Positions 12,401 to 24,400 of a DNA stretch of 64,000 nt are shown here, one piece after another. The stretch's first letter is position 1. Every line of letters starts with the position of its first letter. The notes beneath the pieces are model-generated. The model ran no database searches. It was given only the letters and a program-made list of their open reading frames with translations, and was not told the DNA's origin. The position numbers and the translations under genes are program-made. The stretch lies in the NCBI RefSeq assembly GCF_964355755.1, contig NC_092671.1, positions 39,690,304 through 39,754,303 on the forward strand, written 5' to 3'. The DNA comes from Antedon mediterranea (taxonomy: Eukaryota > Animalia > Echinodermata).

Positions 12401-15400
12401 GTCTTGTCCTGTATTCAAATGTGTTTGTGTTCCTTTCATTGTCTTGTCCTGTATTCAAATGTGTTTGTGTTCCTTTCATTGTCTTGTCCTGTATTCAAAT
12501 GTGTTTGTGTTCCTTTCATTGTCTTGTCCTGTATTCAAATGTGTTTGTGTTCCTTTCATTGTCTTGTCCTGTATTCAAATGTGTTTGTGTTCCTTTCATT
12601 GTCTTGTCCTGTATTCAAATGTGTTTGTGTTCCTTTCATTGTCTTGTCCTGTATTCAAATGTGTTTGTGTTCCTTTCATTGTCTTGTCCTGTATTCAAAT
12701 GTGTTTGTGTTCCTTTCATTGTCTTGTCCTGTATTCAAATGTGTTTGTGTTCCTTTCATTGTCTTGTCCGGTATTCAAATGTGTTTGTGTTTTTTTCATT
12801 GTCTTGTCCTGTATTCAAATGTGTTTGTGTTCCTTTCATTGTCTTGTCCTGTATTCAAATGTGTTTGTGTTCCTTTCATTGTCTTGTCCTGTATTCAAAT
12901 GTGTTTGTGTTCCTTTCATTGTCTTGTCCTGTATTCAAATGTGTTTGTGTTCCTTTCATTGTCTTGTCCGGTATTCAAATGTGTTTGTGTTCCTTTCATT
13001 GTCTTGTCCTGTATTCAAATGTGTTTGTGTTCCTTTCATTGTCTTGTCCTGTATTCAAATGTGTTTGTGTTCCTTTCATTGTCTTGTCCTGTATTCAAAT
13101 GTGTTTGTGTTCCTTTCATTGTCTTGTCCTGTATTCAAATGTGTTTGTGTTCCTTTCATTGTCTTGTCCTGTATTCAAATGTGTTTGTGTTCCTTTCATT
13201 GTCTTGTCCTGTATTCAAATGTGTTTGTGTTCCTTTCATTGTCTTGTCCTGTATTCAAATGTGTTTGTGTTCCTTTCATTGTCTTGTCCTGTATTCAAAT
13301 GTGTTTGTGTTCCTTTCATTGTCTTGTCCTGTATTCAAATGTGATCTACACACGGACATGCATATAATTAGAACATACCTTTTGATAATTTAAGTGCATT
13401 AACCTTTCTCCAGTTGTATCTTGTAATGGCGTCTTCACAAGGAATAGATCATTGCCATCTAAAGCTGAAAGGACACAAGTTGAACTATTGAGTTCTGATT
13501 GGATTAAGTATGACATATACTGTATTAAACTGGATGGTTATTAAATAAAAGACATGGAACACTCTGACTGCCTCTCATGGTTATACAATGATATACAAAT
13601 AATGAATGTTTATGAGTGTAATGGTACAAATAATGGCACGAGGTGAATGATGAAAGGTTATATTTCAACGAGGCGATGAGCCGAGTTGAAATATAACCTT
13701 TCATCATTCACCAAGTGCCATTATTTGTACCATTACACGAATACAAAACATTCATTATTTGTTTTATATAACATCTAAATAAATTCTAGTTATTTGAATA
13801 AAAATAAAAGGTAGCCCTAGCCAAAGTTTACTACATTTCATTCACACACATTGATTAAAAACAGTAACATTTCGTTTTAAATAATTTTATATTAAATGTT
13901 ATATTTATATGGATTTCGTAAACACACCTACTTTTGTGTTAATTATGTCAACAAACGACCAAACAATCCTAGGCCTAGCAAGGCTAAAACGCCTAGGCTA
14001 GGCCTAGCCTAATACTAGCATGGCCTAAGGCTAGACCTAGTAGCCTAGTACTAGCTTGGCTGAAAGGCAAAACTTCGACAGACAATTGGAACTTATCTAA
14101 GCTAATTATGGTTTTTCCAACAATTCCACGTCCTGTAGGGATGTCCCCATTAATTAATCAAAATCCTAAAAACGATCTAAAGCTAATTTAAATGCCTTTT
14201 TGAATGAAATTAGTACATAATGTCCAAATCGTACACAAATATCTGCTGCTGTTGCATATCTCGCGGTGGTGTTTACAAATGAAACTCAGACCAGACGACA
14301 GGTGGCGCTGTTGTATTTCACAGTACATAGCCATATAATAGGATAATTTGTGTACTAGATTTTTTTTCATCCGCGAGACGTTTTTTTTTTCGTACACAAA
14401 AATGTTTCAAAAAGTACTATTTAACGATCGTTGAATAGTGCGTACTATTGCACGCCATGTGACCCACATTCGTCCAATCAAATGACAGGAATTTATTTAG
14501 GTGTTATATAATAATGTATATGTAATGTTATGTGTGCACAGCCCTTATTATTTCCAGTAAACAACAAATATCACACAACCCAGAGGTCATATTTGAGATA
14601 TTTCTAATACATGCTTCTGGTGGGCAGTTCAACAGAAAGTTATCCACTTGTTATAATAACTTAATTTATAAAACCAAAAAGCAGCATCCGATACAAATTT
14701 GCCACTTACAGTATGTTTAACAGAAACACACAAAAAACAAAATAACACAATCTCAGAAACACAAAAGAAACAAAATAACACAATCTCAGAAACACAAAAG
14801 AAAGATTGAACTGCTATAGTTATTATTGATTTTTTAATAGTAACAATATGCATACACCAACCTTTCATCTGCATATGCTGGACAGACACACTTCCCAGCC
14901 TAGCATCCAATGTCACCTGCCATGGCCTTAACTGTACCTTAGCACCAAGGCTGATGATGTTAACAGCAAGTAGTGGTACATCAACTGTTCCATTATTTTG
15001 ACACATATTTAACGTGATCTAATAAGAAGCAAGTTTGTTTGTTGGTAAAGTTTATAAACTAAAGAAAGGTGAAGAGACCAAGAGGATGACCCAAAACCAC
15101 TTGGATAAAAATGATAGAAAATGATATGAAAAGAAAAATAAATAATTCTATTCACGCTTTGGTCAATAATCACTCTGATTGGATAAGTCTGTTAAGTGTG
15201 CTATGTCGCCAGAGACGTTTAGCGTTTGTGATGATGATGAGATTGAATATTTTTGCAGTACAGAACCCACGAAACCCACACACTCCCCACTGGTTAAAAT
15301 ACATCCACTACATAAAAAGAAAAAATCTCACCCTTTTAACTTCAAAATCTAACTCAAGATTGCTCCTTGGTTGATAACCTAGACTTTGTTCTCTTTTAAG

Positions 15401-18400
15401 TTTTTGTTTTTGTCCAACAACCTCCTCATCTCCCTCTTCTGCCGACAGGAACTCGTCTTCATCATCATCTGCATCTTCAACTACCGTTGGTTTAGTGATG
15501 TTAAACTTCTTTGAATCGAACATGACCACATCTCTAGTGGTAGTTAACTTCTCCACCTAAAATATAGAAAACAATTAAGCACGGGTCTAAATAATTAAAC
15601 AATAATATCAATGTTATGCTTAACACCAATGTGCAGTGACAATGCTTTTGACAGTCTTATGGCCTTTGAAAAAAAATTATTGAATACAATAGCGCCCATT
15701 TGAGAAGACCTTCATTTCAAATCATAGGTGCTGCTGCGTAGTTCAAAATATGTCCAATCCCCTATACTAAATCGGTGCACTTTTTCCTCTTTTACAAATA
15801 CAAACACGTTTATTCACTAAATCACATTAAAAATAATTATCACTATGGTGATTGAAGGAATTACATCAACATTTTTAAAATTAATATAAAATGTTTTCTT
15901 TCAAGTGTCACAGAATTCACTATACCACACCATGCAACCCAAGAATGACTGCATATAATATAATATAAACCATAACATCTCAGCAGAATACAGCATTTAA
16001 AAAAGAACAAAGTAAACAAGAGTAATATTAAGAATTAAATCTTTGAAATGAAAATGATGTTAGATTCTTATTATTGATGAATATATAAAGTAAAAATTAA
16101 AACTATATAATAGTATTTAAAAGTTAGAGTAAAATAGTATTTGAACGTTTAAGTAAAATAGTATTTGAACGTTAAAGTAAAATAGCATTTGAACGTTAGA
16201 GTAAAATAGTATTTGAACGTTTAAGTAAAATAGTATTTGAACGTTAGAGTAAAATAGTATTTGAACGTTTAAGTAAAATAGTATTTGAACGTTAAAGTAA
16301 AATAGTATTTGAACGTTAAAGTAAAATAGTATTTGAACGTTAGAGTAAAATAGTATTTGAACGTTTAAGTAAAATAGTATTTGAACGTTAGAGTAAAATA
16401 GTATTTGAACGTTTAAGTAAAATAGTATTTGAACGTTAAAGTAAAATAGTATTTGAACGTTAAAGTAAAATAGTATTTGAACGTTAAAGTAAAATTAAAT
16501 AATAACAATACAACAAATTAAATGTTGGATACTTTAAAATATATATTAACTATTGATACTGAAATAAAACATTAACTAGTGAAGTAACAGAAATAGAAAT
16601 AATATATTTTATAGTGAAATTAGATTTGTTTATTATATTAATTATGAATTATATTTCTATGAAATCATTAGATTATATATTTCATTTATATGTATTTCCT
16701 TTTTGTTTCTTTGAAACTTTCTTTCAAAAACACAAAAACCAAACTTGTTAATAATTATATATTAATTATTAATTTTTATATAATAATTATTTGTAAAGCA
16801 TGCTATATAAAGGCATTGTACAACAGGCATGCTATACCTAGAAAATTACACTATTTATAGATAAATACATAATCCCAAACATTCATGCTTCAAATAGAAG
16901 AGTATAACGATTAGTGTTAAATAGTGAACTCAAAATATTGAGTGTGATATTCTTACCAACCCATCACTCTTCTCAGATAAATTGTGCTGCAATAGTGAAT
17001 ATAAACACCTTCATTAGTCACCAATCAGAGCATTTATACAATCACCCAAAGTTGTGTGAAATCTAACAGTGAGATTACTTGAACACATTGGCCAAACCGC
17101 TTTCTCAAAAATAAATACCAAAATGCAAGTGCATAGAATACGTGGCGTAACGGCTATGAGTGCTCACTGGCTAAACCCAGGGGCTCAGAGCTCAATAGGC
17201 CCCAGAGCATGAGAAGTCCAATGCTGCACTACTGAGCGTTGGAGGGCCTATTAGGAGTGCTAAACCAGGGGCCTTTGTCCTCTGCGTTACGCAACTTAAA
17301 AATATTGTACGCATGATCAACTGTGCAATTAGAGTGACCACTTAAAACCCAAACAATTTCCTTGCTTTGGTTATGGCTTGGGAAAGAATAATAACTTATT
17401 TTAACCTTAACCTCTGTCTACACTATCAAAATAGTTTGACAAAAAAAGTGTGATGTGCCCAAATATGGAAGTAATGTCATAATCATGTCCATATATGGGC
17501 ACATCACATTTTTTTGTCACATAACGTTTGATATTGTAATCAGAGCTTTAAACATAAAATCAGTTTGTCTAAGACCTCTAGGATCATCATGTGGAAAGAC
17601 CCTATAAAAGCAATCAAATCACTTTAACTATGAGTGCTAGTGTTGGTTGTTTCATATCATGTCTGAGGTACAAACGCTTGGAGATACCCAACATTGAAAC
17701 CAAACACTAATTTTAAATACAGTAGTGTTGTTACACAATACATAGAGTTTTTGAAACATATTGCAGCTTCAAATAAACCTATATAAAGCACTGCATAGAT
17801 AAATAATATTACAGTACGTAGCAGCAAAAGAAATGGTGCACACGATAAGCTTCACACAACCTTAAACAGAGGTAAGTAAAGTTTAACTTTAATTGTTAAA
17901 TTAAAAGCAAGCAAGCACTTAATAACATTTCTATATTATGTCATGTTATGTTCAAGAGCATGATTTCAAGTTGTGTTTGTTAACGGAAGTAGACTAATAG
18001 TATGGAAAGATCAAATGTACTAATGAATAGGATACTTGGTTCATTAGTTGTTTCTACTGTTAATACAGCAATCGTATAAAGATAGAAAGTGTTGTCAATA
18101 CATCAAACTGATGAACTCACAGCTGGATAAGTGTTAAAATAAACTTTTAGATGGAGCAAAAGAAATTTAACTGATGGAACTTGGTATATGACAAACAAAA
18201 CCACAGTAGGGAGAAGATGGAGAAGAGGTCTCAAAGAAAATTAATGTTGAATCTGAGATTTATAAAAAGGTATAAAGGTATTTCATGGGCACTTCAGTAC
18301 TACATTCCAGTATTACATTCCAGTAGTATGTGTTTGCTATGGTTTTATATTTTAAAATGAACAAGAAATATATGTTTACAAGAAAAAAAACTATAGAAGT

Positions 18401-21400
18401 ACATCGCTGACTGCTTATATTGAACATAGACTATTAAATATAACATTGAATGGAAGTTTTAATGAATGGAGGTCACACAGGGTTAAAGGTTAAGCTACCA
18501 TGCACTGTGTTAGCAAGATAATCTGTTAAAAGCTCATTCACAAAACATTTAACTAACATCTCCACCGCATGGTGTGAAATATCCATCTTGTTCCGAGTCA
18601 TAGTCATCATCATCCAACAGGTTCATTATATAATTGAGGCCTTTCTCAGGCAGTATAGGCATTGGAATGGCAGTAGCGGATGGCCTGAATGCAGCCTGTA
18701 TGAAAAAGTGTGTGGTTCGATCAATATGAAGTGCCTCAATGTGTGCATGATAAATAGAATTGATTTAGAAACATGCTTAAAAATGATTATTTCTTGTTTT
18801 CATAAAATGTCTAAACATGTCATACTTTCTGCTATCACAAAGACCTTAAAATGTGTTTAATAGTTGGTTGATTGATAAGTAGATCAGCAGAAAGATCCGT
18901 TTATTTGACACTATAGTAATTTTATGAATTGCAGACTTATTTTCATATTTCTCCATGGCTCAGCAGTGCAAAATGACATCAACTAAATTAAAGGCATGTT
19001 TATACTTTGTAGATGACATAAACACATCATGACACAAAGGAATTTAAACAACAATAAGGTATTGACATAAACAATGAAAATAGGTTATAAATAGATAAGA
19101 CGACAGTTTTTATACTTAAATCATGGTATACCTCCATTCTTTAAATTTACCATACAGATAATAATATTATAACCACAGATAGGAAGACAAAAGAATGTTA
19201 TGATACATTAAATGGTAGCAAGTAACATTCACACGTTAATAATGGGAGACGAGATATCTACAGTAGTTGCAGCAGAAATGCAGGTTTACAGCTTTATTTT
19301 CTCTTCAGACTTTGTACAAGCTTTCAGGCTTATTTTCACACTTTGAATAAATATTAGCTGAATTAGTTTTTAAGACCTTATTATAATATAAATTAAAATA
19401 TGTACAGGTAATTAAAAAGGATTGCAAATTATTTGTATTCATATCACAGTATTTTGCAGAACTATCAAAAACTATTTAATCAGAACTTGTACAGAATACA
19501 TTGGTATAAATCCAGTATATATTCTACAATAAAACCAGATGAAATTTTCATATATTTAGTTAGCTACGTGGTAACAGATAATTATTTGTACACATGATTA
19601 CCTTCATTAAAATGTATTCAATCTATAAAATATTATCATATTTCTTCATATCCGTGGCTTACCTTTGACATAGATTCTTTGTCAGGAGCTTTGGTTTCTG
19701 GGAGTGGTATGCTGGTTGCTAGGGATATCAGATCTTTCAGTTTTTTGTCAGAAAAATCAATATCTAATGAAGGCAGTTCCCCTAGTATTCGAACTCTGGA
19801 AAACAAACAGATATTGACAATTTCAAATATTTTCAATGTCACAACACCCCACACAGCCCATACTTGTCCAACTCTTGTGATATTTACTTGTTTTTGCAGG
19901 TCTATACAATAAACAAGACTAAAGCTCTGTCTACACTATCAAACTAATTTACAAAAAAAGTGTGATGTGCCCAAGTATGGTAGTGATGTGGCCAAATATG
20001 GTAGTGCTGTGACATCATCATGTCGATATATGGGTAACATCACAGTTTGATAGTGCGGACAGAGCTTATATGTACATTACTTACTTAGGCATCCTATTAT
20101 CATCCACTAGGCATTTATGTAATGCTATGCCAACATTCAATGGTTGTAAGAGATGCAGTGGTGAATGGGTCTTCTTACGAGCTGCTTCCCAATCTTCACC
20201 TGACAATTGATTCAATATTTATAGATATTTTTTGTTATAAAATGGATTAAATACACCTATATGATTATTTATTAAATGATTAAATGTATGTTAAAAATAG
20301 AGCATAAACATTTAAACTTTTGTACAAACATGAACACTTCCTAGAAGATATGTATTTGTTTACTACTCTTGAAATATTTATTTATATATACTTCTTAAAT
20401 TTTTTTTCTAGTGGAACTAACCTTAAAGTTCTCTGGCTTATTTAAGTTTCTCCAGCATAAGTGCATTCTATTTTGTTTTAAACTCTAATTTTTGTTATAT
20501 TATTACATAATGATGTATCATATGATGAAAAAAAATTGGATATATTATTGTAGAAAGCAATACACAATGGATACCTTCATTGGCTAATATGATTTGAACA
20601 CTCTTTAAATCCATATTGAATCTATCATATGACTTTTTCATTAACTCCTCCAAACTTTCATTCTGTAATATAAATGAAATATGCAATATGTTAACTTTAT
20701 CATTGAAATTTATACTCATACCCAATAATAGAGCATTTAGAATTGCTATTCTCTAAAGCTCTCTCTACACTATCAAAAAGTTTGATATGCCCAAATATGG
20801 TAAGTGATATGACATAATCATGTGCATATATGGGCACACCACATTTCTTGTTACATAAAGTTTGATAGTGTAGACAGAGCTGATGTTCTGTTTTGGTATC
20901 CAAGTCTACACAAACATTTGTATACCACCAAATAGTGCCTTACTTTAGCAATATTAATTTTGAACCATATTAAATATAATTCCCATCAGTTTACATTATG
21001 TAATCATACCAATCAACAAAATTACAAAATATAACTTAATTTTAATCACCTCTGTCCTTCGAGCATCATATTTTTCCTCATGTTCAGTGGTCATCCTAAA
21101 GTGACCCAGGTCAGCAACAAGTACTTTTCCTTTTCTAAATTTTGAAGGAATGCAATTCACCACGTTATTAAACTTTATTGAGCCAAAAGAATTACCAAAA
21201 GAAATTATTATTTTTATTTAAAAAAAAACCTCATATCAAAGTTTGATTTATGCATGTGTCTTGAATTTGCAATGCATTCATGAATAAAAATTATTTTAAA
21301 AAATAGAATTGTATGAGTTATACTGACTCAGAATAGACACCATTTTCTGGAATAATAATATATGAAGGTCGAAGGTCAACAGTGACATCCAGAATAGTCT

Positions 21401-24400
21401 TAGTGTCTGCCATGTACTGGAGGCTGGTAGCTGACTGCTCTGTGAACTCATCAATAGTAGAGGCTGCTGCTGCGGATAGCCTAATATATAGAGATATCGG
21501 GTCTTAAGTACAAAGTTTGATATAAAGTTTGCGGTCCTCAGGAGTGAGAATGATCAAAACATGTTAATCGAAACGTCAAGAACTAAATATACGTGGTGTA
21601 CTGCAAGCCTTATATCTACATTTGATTTCACTATGCAAACCTTCAAACAATACAAAGATGTTAATCATATTATATTCAATTAAACATTTTAAATCTCCCA
21701 GAATGTTTAATTTCTATAGTAAAATAAAAGTGTATAGCATGGTATAAACGTTATTCTAGATCTCGAGCAGTGAAGTCAACTGATACTAAGTATCCGTCTG
21801 TCTTCAGAAGAAGATGACTACAAGAACAGTAATATACTCACTCATCAAGGTGCACATCTTTAGGTGGCTCAAAAAATTTCACAATTTGATTAATTGTATT
21901 CTGAAAATCATAATTTTGAAAAAAAGAAAAACGTAAAGTAATTGACTACAGAATATATAATGTTAATATAACTATTATGCGGGCCATATTATGAATATGT
22001 TTTGAGACTTCATAGCAACCTTCCTCTCCTCCATAGCAACCTGCCTCTCTTCCCTAACACTTATCCAGCCTGTAACAATGAGGTCTTAGCCTTCAACGAT
22101 TATAAATACAGAGAGATAGTGAAATAATACTAGGTGGCATATCATAGTACCAATAACTATAAGACATTTACCGCATCATAGACAATCTTTAGCGGTCTTG
22201 CTAGCACCTTTACCCTCTGGTCTACCAATCCATCAAGAGGGTTCGTCTCAAACTCTACCTCCAGTAGATCCACCTTCCCATCGGCCTCTAGATTCTGAGA
22301 CTCAACCATTTGATGTTGTTCACAGCCGATTGACGTGCCGAAAACATTGAATGTGTTCAGCTTCGCATCAAGTCTGTAATAAGAAATGTTTATTAGTACT
22401 TTCTACTTGAACGCTAGCAAGTGAGAGGCATGGGTTCGAAACCTGTCATTGCTATATTGCTTGTATCCTAAAGGCCAATTTATACAGACGAGCTGTAACG
22501 GTGAGCGGTAACCGCGTAGCTTGTCCCACATAGCATATGACCTATCCTGAGCGGTAACCACCCGTCCGCTCTGCCTTGTGTGTAAATGGTCATAGGAATA
22601 TAAACATAGATTCTATATGTGTATTACCGTTACCAGTCGTCTGTGTAAATTGACCTTTGTGGTCTTGGGTTTATATATTAAAGAAACAAATGAATTATAC
22701 CTTATGGCATCAGCAGCTGGCCTTTGGCTTATACCTGCTTTCAAGTCAGATATTTCCACACCAAGAACATTAGAGTCGCTATTGCCTGTATTATCCACAA
22801 GTTTGACAGAGGTTTGGATTAAATGAAAGTTCAGTAGAATACCAACATACTGTGAAACAAACAGAGTTATAATTTCACTTTTTTATCCATGAAATCCATG
22901 TTTAAATGTACAAATGCTTATTGTAAATATATACTGCAGCTAATTATAGGCAGTATGCACCTTTGGTGTTAAGGTCACAGCCTTGAAACTATCAAACTTT
23001 ATGCGACAAAAAAATGTAATGTGCATATATATGGATATGATGATTATGATCACTACCATATTTGGGAATATCGCTACTATATTTACCTCTTTTGGAAATT
23101 CTGAAACTGGAATTTCTTCTGTGTAGCCAATAGCTTCATACAGTTTAGCCTTGTCGTCAGATGTCATGGCATTCTGTACCCTTTCTGTAATCATAAAAAC
23201 GGATCAAAAAATAAATTTGAATCCAAATGTAAAGGGAAAATGAAAGAAACGTTTTGTGCGTTGTCTTCACACTTTCTCAACGTATTGTTATTGCTGACAA
23301 TGGCCTTGGTAAATTCACCAGATGTTGTGTGAAGTTTATTTCATTTTCCTTCACAATAAAAAAACATTTGCATTAAAAATATATTTATTGGAACTAGATG
23401 AATCTTTTATATAAACAGTCTTGGGTTTGAATTAAGGATTTTGCAATTACAGATTGCTAGGCAACTGTACCAATTGCTTTGAATTCTGTTTGAGCATAAT
23501 GAAAATCAATTTGTCATTCAGACAGAGGAAATAAGTTGTATTTTAAATGTGTAATAATTTTGAACCTAATGAATGTTTGTGCAAAGGATCCAAGTGGAAA
23601 TAAGGAGACTTCTCCTGTGGCTATCCTTGTGATCAAGGTCTGTTTCCTTGTGATCAAGGTCTGTTTCCTTGTGATCAAGGCTGTTTCCTTGTGATCAAGG
23701 TCTGTTTCCTTGTGATCAAGGTCTGTTTCCTTGTGATCAAGGTCTGTTTCCTTGTGATCAAGGTCTGTTTCCTTGTGATCAAGGTCTGTTTCCTTGTGAT
23801 CAAGGTCTGTTTCCTTGTGATCAAGGTCTGTTTCCTTGTGATCAAGGTCTGTATCCTTGTGATCAAGGTCTGTTTCCTTGTGATCAAGGTCTGTTTCCTT
23901 GTGATCAAGGTCTGTTTCCTTGTGATCAAGGTCTGTTTCCTTGTGATCAAGGTCTGTTTCCTTGTGATCAAGGTCTGTTTCCTTGTGATCAAGGTCTGTT
24001 TCCTTGTGATCAAGGTCTGTTTCTTTGTGATCAAGGTCTGTTTCCTTGTGATCAAGGTCTGTTTCCTTGTGATCAAGGTCTGTTTCCTTGTGATCAAGGT
24101 CTGTTTCTTTGTGATCAAGGTCTGTTTCCTTGTGATCAAGGTCTGTTTCTTTGTGCAAATGTTTATATTATTTAAGTTTTATTTTGATATTTATGTACAG
24201 TATTTTAATTGACCTCGATTGCTCAATAAAGCCTGTTTTCCTGTCAACGTTGAAATACGTTGAGTTGCGTTGAGTTTAAAATCGTTAAAGTTGAAAATAA
24301 AATAGCGATGACGATGATCGAGTCGGACCGCTAATATTTACACATTTTTACGCGATCGTTCATAGTTTCTTGGTTCTCTCGAGCGTTGCTGGAACACGCG

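Noticed and set aside
9575-13343. CRISPR-like array
   Set aside because: Head-to-tail monomers with no unique spacers, no cas genes, eukaryotic intron context.
9534-13393. Three overlapping ~1,270-aa Cys/Val/Phe-rich ORFs
   Set aside because: Artefact of a 40-bp satellite lacking plus-strand stops; the repeat cycles through all frames and is antisense within a VPS13 intron.
18121-18252. Exon ending at a GTGAGT donor
   Set aside because: Candidate acceptors give in-frame stops or frameshifts; no support for a poison exon without transcripts.
19602-19622. 21-nt microexon IEYILMK with AG/GT
   Set aside because: Would leave only a 40-nt upstream intron, shorter than any other here.
23514-24212. 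(HKETDLD)n, (ITRKQTL)n and (VIKVCFL)n ORFs as proteins or as a VPS13 exon
   Set aside because: Minisatellite translation with an internal frameshifting deletion; flanking VPS13 exons join in phase without it.
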